Below are positions 42,901-54,479 of a DNA stretch of 64,000 nt, in pieces. How positions within the stretch are numbered: the first letter of the stretch is position 1; every line of letters starts with the position of its first letter. Location of the stretch: assembly GCA_002269645.1 (NCBI GenBank), contig NIVC01000045.1, forward strand, positions 186,001-250,000. Direction: 5' to 3'. The stretch is from Macrostomum lignano. Its lineage: Eukaryota. The translations under genes and the position numbers were made by a program. The notes beneath the pieces are model-generated. The model was given only the letters and a program-made list of their open reading frames with translations. It did not search any database and was not told where the DNA came from.

Positions 42901-44634
42901 ATGCCTCACAGGTGCATATATTTAACTATTAAATCTGTGCGTATTTCGCATTAGCGCATGGGTATATTTCCAGTTTTCAGAAAACCCATCTTCTTCATTT
43001 GTCATAAAGCGACTCTCCGCTCACTGCGCTCTGCAGGCAGCCAACCTGCAGTGACAGCCACGGCGTGCGGTGTGCGGCCTGCACAGGACACGTGCCATGC
43101 GATCCAGTGCTGCAGCAGTTTCTGTGAGGACAGAATTGAAAAACTGACTCATAAAGGGCAGTATGTTCACCTCGTTCGGGCGACCAGACCGAGCTCGACC
43201 AACGAGCTCAGAGTGAGCTTCAGCTTCCAAGAGAAAGACATCATGAGAGACCTGAGCACAGTCCAGGGCCAGCTGTTCACACTCATCAAGTTCATCTTCA
43301 AAAGACGCTTGCCGCTCACTCTGGACACACCTGGACTCAAGACCTACCATGCAAAGACTCTGCTCTTCACGATGCTGGAGAAGCATGGTACCGATCCCGA
43401 AACTGAGGCTTGGCAGCCCCACAATCTGATCGCCTTGCTCAAGGAGTCTCTCGACATGATGCTGAGATTTATGAGGTCAAGGAGGTCGCCCGACGAGTGC
43501 ATGCCGCACTTCTTCATGCCCGACGCTCCGCTCTACTTCAAGAACGCTGGAATCGGCGGTGACTTCGACAACACGAAGGCGAGGATTCGAGACCGACTTT
43601 GTGAGCTGAGACGCGACATTGGCGGAGTGGTCGAGCAGCTGAGGAGACTCGTGAGACCTCTGCAGTCAGAGAAGTTCTACTTTCACCCGTTCACTCTGCT
43701 GCCTCTGACAGCGCCGCCTGCTGTCACGGAGATCAGAGAAGGCAGTGAAGAACTAGAAATGTACTACAAGTTCACAGACGTGTACAGTGTGGTGCACCAG
43801 TGTGTGAGCGAGCTGCACTCGGAATCGAGCGACAGAGACACCCTGATGAGGCAGCTTGACCTCCTGCATGAGCTGCAGTGGTGCAAGTGCGCCGATCTGT
43901 GCATGACCGCCATGGCGCATTTGAAGTTCGAAGAATCTGAGGAGGCTGAGAGACTCGCGATGGAGCTGCAAAGACATCAGGTTAAATCAGGGTTGAAGCC
44001 ACGGGATATTCTAAATAAGGATAGATACCAGATTTGTAAGATAAAACTGCCAGAAGACTCAGATTGGGCGTGGAGGTTCTGCCTCCCCTGCGACTCTCCG
44101 CCTCGCTTCCCATTCCTTCCCGAGTTCACGCAGACTCTGTTCACAGCCAGACTGTCACAGCCTCTCTCCTCCCACCTGTACGTGAACTTCCGCTGCCTGA
44201 GCTGGAGTCTCCAAGCTGAGCTGCTCCGCAATCACGCACCTGCAAATAAATTGGAGGATTGGAAACGAGAGCTGGAAGAAGACCCGGACTTGGAGGAGCT
44301 GCTCACTCTGGCTCACTACAGCGACTGCCGCGAGCACGTGAAGCTCAGCCTGCAGCAGATGAAGATGATCGAGAAAGAGAGACGCGTCGCCATGGAGACG
44401 CAGGACGAGGAGAAGATCGGCTGGGTCAGGCAGAAGCGGTGGCGAGTTTCGAACCGCAGCGGCAGCGACAGCGGCGCTCACCGCAGCAGGGAAGATGAGG
44501 AGCGGAGGCTGTGGGCGAGGGCGAGGCTGCGGCGAGACGGGGCCGACTTGGGGCGCCTGGTTGCCATGGAAACTGCAGCGGAGCAGAGAGACAGCTGGAC
44601 TCACGCCAAGCTCAGTCGGATGAGACTGCAGTGA
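39946..44634 (+). CDS. Ankyrin repeat-cGAS/Mab-21-like (cGLR) fusion protein, copy A, intact, 1185 aa
   Basis: Exons 39946-41507, 41582-41614, 41738-42102, 43037-44634; 3558 nt, open. About 10 atypical 33-aa ANK repeats, then canonical ANK repeats, then TGSYAEG...DSDID, QDTCH, HLVRA...LRVSFSFQEK, TYHAKTLLF, CMPHFFMP (Mab-21/cGAS fold motifs). Confidence 0.85.
42476..42645. repeat. ~57-bp repeat x3 in the last intron of copy A
   Basis: Single related seed at ~57570 in copy B. Confidence 0.85.
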
Positions 44635-46256
44635 CCTGAGGACTTCGTTGCTCAGATTTTCAAATTTTACTGAACTGGAATTTCAGCCTCATTTTTTTCT
44701 TTTACCTTTGGGTTTCCTTTTTTAGTTACGTTACATTCAGTTGAGTCAGTAAGTTTTTTAATTTTCATTTCAATCAGTTTTAATGCCAAAATATTCCTTT
44801 AAAATGAAAAAAATCCTAGATTTTTGTTGCTGACTTTGTTGCTTTAATAGGAAATGAGCACATGGAGAGCCATCGAGTGCGAGCAGCCCTCCTGCTGTGA
44901 ACTGCAGTTTTGCACATTTGTGCTGCAATTCAATTCACACTGCATGCTGAATTGCTTTTTCCATTCAAACTGCGTGTCTGCTTTGATGCGGGCTTTTCTC
45001 TGCGATTTTGTTCTGCAGACTTCAATACCCAGTGGTCAATGCTTTAAATGAAATATTCAAGCCGAATGCACAGGTAGCAGTTATCTGCATGAACATGGAA
45101 AATTCAAAGGTCGGCTGGGTCAGGAGAAGCTGGAGAGACTTGATGCAGCAGCTTGAGTTGAACTTGTAATTTTGTAAGCTTCGTGAGCTCTTCGACAAAT
45201 TTTTCTACACATATTTCTGAGAAATATTTTAAATGTACTTCTATGGCTCAAATTAGTACCAGTATGTGTACATGCTCTTGGGTTATTTAAGCACCTGCTC
45301 TCAGAATCAGTTCAGTAAGTCTGCAATTAAATTGATTTTATCATGTACTCAAGAAAATTCAGCTACAATTCCGTTGTTTATCCATTGCTGTCCTAGTGCT
45401 CATATTGGTAAAAACAATACATGTAGAAAAAGATAAATTGCATCGATTTGTACTGTAAGTAGTTGAAGCTGTCTTGCTAAAATATTTTGCACGTTTGCTT
45501 GCTTGTGGCAATTTTCAAATAAATTTGAAAATAATCGGAGAATTCTTGCAGTCCTACAAGGTTTTAAACCCGCTATTAACTTTTTGCTCTGAATGCAACT
45601 TGACATTCCGCCAGAGACAAAAAAATTGAGAAAATAATCATACTTTCTCGGTTTTCAGGAACTTACTGAATATGAAATGGGATTCTCGAAGTCATTCATC
45701 TGCAGATCCATTAATACAGTATAAGGATTCAATTTTATATGCATGTAGGCCTTAGGGACTATTTAGGAACTATTTTAGGAAGTAGTATTAGGGATCTGCA
45801 ATGTTATCAGAGCGTGGTGGAGTGTTGTAGATGCGGACTGCTACACTCTGACAAAAAGCCGGGATATATATATAACTTACGCCTATCTACTTGGTCTGAG
45901 ACCGATACGCTACTATTCATAAATCTGAATATAAATATAATAGATTAATAGGAGTATTTGAGTAGCTTAGTTATACCGTAGTGTCTCAGACTTATTCTCC
46001 CTGCTTGTAGCTCGCTCATTTGCTTATTTACTTATTTATACAAACATTGAAAATGCAGTACTAAATATAACTATACGGTTGATCGGTAAATAACATCCAA
46101 GCATATTCTACCTCGTTTGAGTTACTATTAATCATATGTAAGGTTCTAGTTAGCGGCCAGCTAGAGTCTTATATACAGAAATACAAGGAGGAACCGCTGC
46201 ATGGTCACAAAAAGGTCCTCTAATGGTCAGGCAGGGCCTCGGACAGCAGGAACGCC

Positions 46257-46503
46257 CTCACACAGCCAAAAGCAGCCCTTACACAGCTAAAGGCAGCCCT
46301 CACACAGCCAAAGGCAGCCCTTACACAGCCAAAGGCAGCCCTCACACAGCCAAAGGCAGCCCTCACACAGCTAAAGGCAGCCCTCACACAGCCAAAGGCA
46401 GCCCTCTCACAGCCAAAGGCAGCCCTCACACAGCCAAAGGCAGCCCTCACACAGCCAAAGGCAGCCCTCACACAGCCAAAGGCAGTCCTCACACAGCCAA
46501 AGG
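46257..46503. repeat. 21-bp minisatellite (cacacagccaaaggcagccct)
   Basis: Direct reading. Confidence 0.95.
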
Positions 46504-46871
46504 TAGCGAGAAGCCACTGGAGGCCCTGAGACACCTGTCAGAAGCCCGCAGTCCGTCAGTCTGCCTGGAGTCGGTCAAGCTCTGCTCATCCGAAGCTCTG
46601 CAGACTGCAAGGAGCTCAAAGCTGGATTTCTCAGTGCATTTGGGGAAGCCTTTTTTTCCAGAATTCTATGAAATCTCCCTGACAGAAGCAGAGCAGTTGA
46701 ATCCTCTGCATCTCTCGGGGGTTCTCTGTTCTCTGGCAAATCAAACAAAGAAATCTAGCAGCTCAAAATATTTTAGCTGTACAGCTTTCTAGGAAATTAA
46801 AACCACAGAAATATGAAATCCTTGTTGAGATACTTGGGCACTTGACCTTAAAAAGTTATTGCTATTGAGGT

Positions 46872-47122
46872 ACTGACTCATCTGTATTGGCGCCACTGAC
46901 TCATCTGTACTGGCGCCACTGACTCATGTGTATTGGCGCCACTGACTCATGTGTATTGGCGCCACTGACTCATGTGTATTGGCGCCACTGACTCATCTGT
47001 ATTGGCGCCACTGACTCATCTGTATTGACGCCACTGACTCATCTGTATTGGTGCCACTGACTCATCTGTATTGGCGCCAATGACTCATCTGTACTGGTGC
47101 CACTGACTCATCTGTATTTGCG
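46872..47122. repeat. 23-bp minisatellite (ctgactcatctgtattggcgcca)
   Basis: About 11 units. Confidence 0.95.
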
Positions 47123-47749
47123 CCTTATATTGAGGCAATAAAATATGCAAATATCCCCATAATCCACGGCTCGCATGCGCATAACTTGTGAAATACTTGC
47201 GTTCTGCCGCCTGCCTGCAGCTGCTCAGACTTTCACCAACCGGCATCCGCTGAGTGCTCGACTCATTTAGAATTCTGATTTCTCCCCACTTTGACGGATT
47301 CGAGACTCCACTTGAACTGCTGTGGAAAAGTGCATTCTCTGAAAATATTTGATCCCATTTTTACTGACAGTCTTGTAAACCTCAGCTTCATTTGAGAACG
47401 CACAGATTCGGCCGTCAATTTAAGAAGTCGGAGGCCATGCATGAGAACGACCCATCGATTGGAATTGTTTTAAAAGCAACCAGAACTGCACGACTGACTT
47501 CACTTCGGGAACTTTTCGCTTTTCATTTATCTCTATATCTACAGTTGCATTTGTAATTGTAACTTTCCTAATTGTTAATGCAACGTAGTGAAGTCCAGCT
47601 ACATGTACTTCATACGATTCACACGCATGTACATGAAGGCAACTACTTAAATTCATGTTATGACTCTGCAATTCTAATTTTTCTACTTGGGTCGGTAAAT
47701 ATGAAAGTAAGTATATATATGAATACATGATGTCACGTATTTCTACCAC

Positions 47750-48192
47750 ATCTCAGCTGCACCTTTATCTACTTCTCAGCCTCTCCCGCATCTCAGCTGC
47801 ACCTTTATCTACTTCTAAGCCTCTCCTGAATCTCAACTGCATCTCTATCTACTTCTAAGCCTCTCCTGAATCTCAACTGTATCTCTATCTACTTCTAAGC
47901 CTCTCCTGAATCTCAACTGTATCTCTATCTACTTCTAAGCCTCTCCTGAATCTCAACTGCATCTCTATCTACTTCTCAGCCTCTCCCGCATCTCAGCTGC
48001 ATCTCTATCTACTTTTCAGCCTCTCAGGCATCTCAGCTGCATCTCTATCTACTTCTAAGCCTCGCCCGAATCTCAACTGCATCTCTATCTACTTCTCAGC
48101 CTCTCCCGCATCTCAACTGCATCTCTATCTACTTCTCAGCCTCTCCCGCATCTCAACTGCATCTCTATCTACTTCTCAGCCTCTCCTGCATC
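47750..48192. repeat. 40-bp minisatellite (atctcaactgcatctctatctacttctcagcctctcccgc)
   Basis: About 11 units. Confidence 0.95.
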
Positions 48193-48719
48193 TCGACTTG
48201 AATATTTGTCTTCTTTTCCATAGACAAAAATGTCCGTGAATTTCACTTCTATCTTTTCTGCTATCTGTCTTTTTTATTTCTTGCATTTCCTAATTATACG
48301 CTTATAGTTCTTCCGTTTCTCCTGTTGGTTCCAATTTTTTAAAGCAAAGAATTTTGAATTTCTAATTGCTGTCAGACTCTGGAGCTGCCGACCTGCGCTC
48401 AGCCATCTATCCAGCTCCAGCTGGGGCTGGCGCTGCAGCTGCAGCGGTCCAAGAACAACCAGTTCCTGGTGCCCTGTCAGTGCTGTGTTGCGCCACCTGC
48501 GCCAGATTCACATCGGAGCCACCGCCCCGTTCTTCTCCTACCTGGTGGGCTCGCGGAGGCAGCGTTTGAAGCCTCGTCTGCTGATCTCGCTTCGGTGCGA
48601 TGCTGCGAGGAAATCAAAGAAAGTTGAATGCAAAATAAAAACCCGGCAAATTTTTGACATCAAAACTTAACATGCATTCGCGACGCAATGGCTGAGACCT
48701 TTTGGGGAAAGGGCACCAA

Positions 48720-49020
48720 CTATCAGGGCGCCAACTGAGGGCGCCAACTATCAGGGCGCCAACTGAGGGCGGCAACTGAGGGCGCCAACTGATGGCGCCA
48801 ACTGAGGGCGGCAACTGAGGGCGGCAACTGAGGGCGCCAACTATCAGGGCGCCAACTATCAGGGCGCCAACTGAGGGCGGCAACTGAGGGCGCCAACTGA
48901 GGGCGCCAACTTTCAGGGCGCCAACTGAGGGCGCCAACTGATGGCGCCAACTGAGGGCGCCAACTGAGGGCGCCAACTGAGGGCGCCAACTGAGGGCGCC
49001 AACTATCAGGGCGCCAACTG
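48720..49020. repeat. 13/15-bp minisatellite (gggcgccaactga / gggcgccaactatca)
   Basis: Direct reading. Confidence 0.95.
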
Positions 49021-49589
49021 TAAAGACCCTCTTTGATCTCCAGCCTTTACAAGTTTCCCCCTTTGCGTCATCCAGCGGTTTTGACGCTGCATGTCCAATG
49101 TTCCAGCCGTATTTCAGATTTCTTGCAATAATCGCAAGTAGAATGCTTCGGTGCTTTGAGCACAAATGACTAAACAAAAATTGAATATTTGAAAGACTAC
49201 TCAGCAGAGCTCAGGGGCAGAGGCTGTACCTATTTTATTTATAGATGCTTGATCCTCTCGTCCCCTGCTGCTGGAGGGGGAGGCTTACCTGGATAACAAC
49301 GGCAGAGTTCAGAAAACAAACACGCAAAGGTTTCACAATGAATTATCAGGTTGCTATGGGACGAGATGGATTATTCACTATCAGGTTTTTCGGCTAGGTT
49401 GAGTGGTCTGACACCCTGCTAAACTTCTAACCGATCACTTCCCTTAGCGTTATTTTGATTTGGCTTCTTTTTATATGGCCTGTACTTGAGGACTTCCAAA
49501 ACCAAAACCAACTAACGGCGCCAACTAACTGCGCCAGTTGAGAGCGCTATTTGAGAGCGCCAAATATGGGCGCCGCACTGATAGCGCGC

Positions 49590-50078
49590 CAATGCCAGGC
49601 GCAGTGCAGGGGCAGCAGGAAAAGGGCGCCAATGCCAGGCGCAGTGAAGGGGCAGCAGGAAAAGGGCGCCAATGCCAGGCGCAGTGCAGGGGCAGCAGGA
49701 AAAGGGCGCCAATGACAGGCCGCAGTGAAGGGGCAGCAGGAAAAGGGCGCCAATGCCAGGCCGCAGTGCAGGGGCAGCAGGAAAAGGGCGCCAATGCCAG
49801 GCCGCAGTGATGGGGCAGCAGGAAAAGGGCGCCAATGACAGGCCGCAGTGAAGGGGCAGCAGGAAAAGGGCGCCAATGCCAGGCCGCAGTGCAGGGGCAG
49901 CAGGAAAAGGGCGCCAATGCCAGGCCGCAGTGAAGGGGCAGCAGGAAAAGGGCGCCAATGCCAGGCCGCAGTGATGGGGCAGCAGGAAAAGGGCCCCAAT
50001 GCCAGCCGCAGTGAAGGAGTAGCAGGAAAAGGGCGCCAATGCCAGGCCGCAATGCAGGGGCAGCAGGAAAAGGGCGCC
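49590..50078. repeat. ~41-bp minisatellite (gcagtgaaggggcagcaggaaaagggcgccaatgccaggcc)
   Basis: About 12 units; single-copy homolog at ~36750-36780. Confidence 0.95.
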
Positions 50079-50767
50079 TCAAACTGACTAGCTGGCTGGG
50101 CCTCCTGAACCCACGTCTCCTGTGCCAAGGATTTCTCTATACCTAGAACTGGATGAGAAACCTCTTTGTGGCGGCGTACCAACTTAGGCCCACCAACGAG
50201 CGTTATTCTAGCCCAGTATTCCCACAAAACTTAGTTTTACACTAATTTTACATCTGACTATTTCTGACTAAACATTAAATTTTATTTTTTCAATGCATAC
50301 GTTTTTTATCTTGAATAATAAGTTAAAAAAGTGAAGTAATAACAGTTAATTTGGAATAAAGTTGAAATGAAAAATAATAAGTTCAAAACAACAAAGCCCT
50401 ATGATTTCTGTTATTGCTGTTGTTAAAAATGCAACGGCAAACAGAAAACGAACAACGCGACGGGTGAAGAAAGAACGAGAAAACTGTCGATTAAGGTGAA
50501 TAAATGGTTATATTTCCCATTTATATACCTGTGCTAAGGCAATAAATGCTTGAGTGACAAGTTTATTGACCGAGGCGGGAAAGGAAGCTCAAGCAAGGCA
50601 GCTGAGCCTTCTGTGTTTTTTTAGCATCAGAGATTCAGAAACAACAAGCATGCTGATGTAGTCTTTCAAATGTTACCGACAACAGCAGCAACAGATTCAC
50701 TTTCGTCACAGTACGTCCAAAATCGTCAATCTACTGATCGTGAATGTGCTATGGGGGGGGGCTCGGC

Positions 50768-50884
50768 AGTGAGCTGTGAAGGTTAGGGAGAGAGCTGTGT
50801 GGGATGGGGAGTGAGCTGTGGGGGTTAGGGAGAGAGCTGTGTGGGATGGGGAGTGAGCTGTGGGGGTTAGGGAGAGAACTGTGG
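50768..50884. repeat. 42-bp minisatellite, ~3 units (unit B)
   Basis: Paralog of 38038-38448. Confidence 0.9.
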
Positions 50885-51309
50885 TGCGTTCCCCAGCCCT
50901 TTTTTGTTGTGTGTTTTGTCCTGAAAATTTCCTGACAAAAACTTTAAAGGTCAATGCGATTTTAATCAAAAGAAGATGAATTCCGATCTCCCTCTCTTTT
51001 GGTTGAAAAACTCAAATCCATGGCTATAGTTTTTTTAATGAAAACGAATTAAAATACGGCTATTTCATTTTTCTTTTCTACTGAATATCAGACGCTATTT
51101 TCATCGGCTATATTTTGTTTTGCAATCAATGGTACTCATAAATAACTAAATACTTTTTAAATTATAGTACCTGCAGTCATGACTGACGCCCTCTGAAACA
51201 CCTGTACACATGAAATAAGCGATGTGCATGCAACTTCCGTGTCCAAATCGCATGTGACTCATGATTGGTTAGCGATATCTCAGAGCGATGCTTTCCTGCC
51301 TTGCCTTAA

Positions 51310-51596
51310 TTGGGCCAGATGAGCAACCGACAGCTCAGCCGCAGCTTTTCTTGCGCAGCGCATCTGAAGGCTGCGTACGGCTGTTCAATCCAAGGACTGG
51401 GGGGTCGCCACACACCCTCAAATATCCCAGCTAATGCTGGTATCTATTTTACAGTGGGTGAACTGGAGCAATGGAGAGATAACTGTCTAATTGATCAAGG
51501 AGACACATTGTGTTTCAGTGGGATCATGCAGGAATCGAACCCTCAACCTTCAAAACAAGAGTAACCAGTAGAATAACCGCTCTAACCACTAGGTTA
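51310..51596 (-). mobile_element. CORE-type SINE (family 1)
   Basis: Body shared with the other three copies; head TAACCTAGTGGTTAGAGCG...GGTTCGATTCC. Confidence 0.8.
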
Positions 51597-53579
51597 AAAC
51601 CCCTAATTTATGACTGTTCAAGATAAGTGCTCAGATTCCAATGGAACTCGTGCTCACTTGTGAATAAGTTTTTCAGCTTTGAAGCGAGATTAATATAGCA
51701 AAATCCAGTTTTTTTTCTATTTGTAAATAATCGAGAATGTTGAGTAGACAGCCAAGTGCCTCCGCTTATCTTCACAAGCTGTTCTTTGGAAACGAACTGG
51801 CCTGGGCCGCCTGGGCCTCCACGCCTCCTGTGCGCCCTGGCCAGCCTATCGATTGCTCTGGGGTGGGACAGAGGTGCCGTTGCTCAGTGTGCGTTTTGAA
51901 CACGCTTCTCCTGCGAAAGTCGAGTTTTACGAGTACTCACTGGTCTGCGGGTAGGGATGCCTGAGCTTGCGCTATCAGCCCGCCCGATGTGCGGGAATGA
52001 CTTTCTGTGACGGCTTCGTACGTTCATGTCGACAAGTAGTCACTGCTGTGCATTTTTGTACTTTTCCTGGGAGCTTCAGAGACGGGCACAGCGCTCATGC
52101 TCGCGAGAGAAGTTTCTGTTGATAAAGTCAGCGGTTGTCGCCGCTCACCAAAGGCGACAAAAGGTGAACTGCTGGGACATGAAGCGGTAAATTTTTTTGG
52201 CAACGGGCTGCAAAAACCGCTAGAACTGACACCTGCACTCTGACAGCAGCCGTGACTGACATCTGCCACTCTGACAGCAGCCGTGTCTGACATTTGCCAT
52301 TCTGTCCCTTCTTTCATCCCCAACTTTCTCTTTTTTCCGTCTCATTTGCACTCACTCACCCTTACCCTCTCAATTTCGACTAAAACTATCCACAGCCGCT
52401 CGATGGGTCAATACCTCAGCTGCCATTGCACCGTCATCACGGCAGTGCGCACTCACCGGCTGCCTCGACCAGGACAGACACAGAAGACCCACTTTTGCAT
52501 AGAAGATGCTGAACTGGCTGCACGGCATGGTCAGTGGGAAGTCGTCAAGTTTCTCGTGCTAAAACTTGCTGACCAAACAAAAAGAGATCAGTGCTGCATA
52601 TACACTGCAAAATATGCTGCAACCAATGGTCATTTAGAAGTCGTCAAGTTTCTTTTGGACACAGTCACTGACCAAATAAGTAGAGATCAGTTCTGCATCG
52701 AGGCTGCAAAATCTGCTGCAAAATATGGTCAATTAGAAGTGATGAATTTCCTACTCTCGCGTCCCTCAAGTCCGGATCAGAGAGCGAAGCTACATTTCCA
52801 ATTTGCAGTCGCGGCTTGCTGTCGTCTTCGCGAAGACGTTGTTGCATCCCTCGGCCTCGAGCCCGACTGGCTCTTCCAATCCAGCTCCATCCTCAGCTTC
52901 ACTGCAGCAATGGCCATCGAAGGCAGGAACTCTGTTCTCAACGACACCCTCTCTCGAATGCAGCCAGCTCCCATCACACAGCTGCTCCGTCTCTCCATCT
53001 CTCAAAGACACGTCGCTCTTGCTGTCACACTGATCAATGGTGAGCGAGTCAGCACACAGCGTGTCGATCTGCCAGACAGCACTGGAGCCACTGCTCTCAT
53101 GCTGGCAGCTGATGCAGGTCATCACGAGCTCATTGAGAAACTCATCGATCTCGGTGCGTCAGTGCGTGCTGAAGACAGTCAGGGTCGGACTGCTCTGTCA
53201 CGAGCGTGCGAAGCCGGTCACGTGCGAGCAGCCAAGTCTCTGATGGTCAGAGGAGCGGATGCGAGTCATCGAGACGGTCAGGGTCTGACGTGTGCGCAGG
53301 TGGCACAGCGGTTTGAGCAGCGGCAGGTGCTGAGGCTATTGGATCCCAGTGGAGCGGGGTGAGTGAAGCGAGAATTTAATGAATATTTTCAGTATCGTAT
53401 CGTATATTAGTGAAGCATTATTGTAATTTTATTAAGAAGAGCTAAGCAAAAAACTTTATACAATCGAAAACATTTAAAGTATATTTGTGGTTAGGCAAAG
53501 GGAAAGAAAAGGAAAGTCATTAAAGACACAAAATGAAAAAATGGATTTTGCATTAATGAATGATACAAAAAATCATTTT

Positions 53580-53908
53580 TGTGCCCGACTTTCGGGGGTA
53601 GAAACGAGAGGGGCCAGCCAAACCCTGGGGCTCAGGCGGCTTATCAGCCAGCCAGCCAATGCGAGCAGCCCAGGGTGGGGCGGGGCAAGGAGGGAGGGGT
53701 AGGGCAAGCACCCAGATTGGACAGGAATGGGACAAGGGACTTGGAGCGAAAAGGCTAGGCCAGGGTTGAGGCTTACGCCTCTCACAAGCCCTGGCACGGG
53801 CGCGAGACGGGGGACGAGGCGGGGCGGCATGAAAAACAAAAACAAGAACAACGAAAAACAAGGGCAACAGAAGAGCAGGGTACTGGAAAGACGCTGTGCG
53901 GCCCAACA
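53580..53908. mobile_element. Possible solo LTR
   Basis: GC-rich island bounded by TGT...ACA inside an AT-rich intron, absent from copy A; no clean target-site duplication seen. Confidence 0.3.
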
Positions 53909-54479
53909 CTTTCAAGGGTTTTCGATGATGCAGATTTTAAATTTAAGCTTCATGTTTTGGTAGCTTCAACCCAACTATAAACTCGTATGCAGCTTAAAGA
54001 CAACCAATGGGGCATGAGGAATGGGGGTTTAGATTCGAAAGTTTCTAAATTGGGATCGAGTTTATTCATATATATGCCTTATCTCTAGATGAGGCTGTGA
54101 TTTATAGAAGCTTGGGTCGAAGTTTTCATGAGTATAAATTGTCTTAGATTGATGTCTAATAACTAACCATAATAGTCAACACAGCAGTAGTTATAAGCCA
54201 CGCTATATAAGCAGCATAAGAACCCACCATTTTAAGCTGCTATTCTTCATTTCATTGGCTGGCGTATTTTTCGTCTGTCTCTTGTTTGGGCCAGTCCTAT
54301 CATGTCTCTCGCCAGGGGGGCACCTGATTGGCTAGCCTTCCTCCTTCTGTCTCTTTCTTGCTCTTCAATTTTGCGAGTTTTGCAAGCCACCCCAACCCAG
54401 TCATGCGTGGCTTAGCCCCACTCAGCCCCCTGCTCACCCAGTATTTATGTGCACCCTCGCCTGGCTCTTGCCCTCCCCT

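Larger units (their letters stand above)
37352..45600 (+). repeat. Segmental duplication unit A (spacer + SINE + ANK-cGLR + 3' flank)
   Basis: 37352-39092 is near-identical to 50084-51530; gene and intron segments and 44850-45600 match 59665-61000. Confidence 0.9.

Noticed and set aside
31972-53362. Stand-alone ankyrin genes ending at 31972, 41511 and 53362
   Set aside because: Each stop overlaps a consensus GT donor whose phase matches the next exon, so they are better read as spliced fusions.
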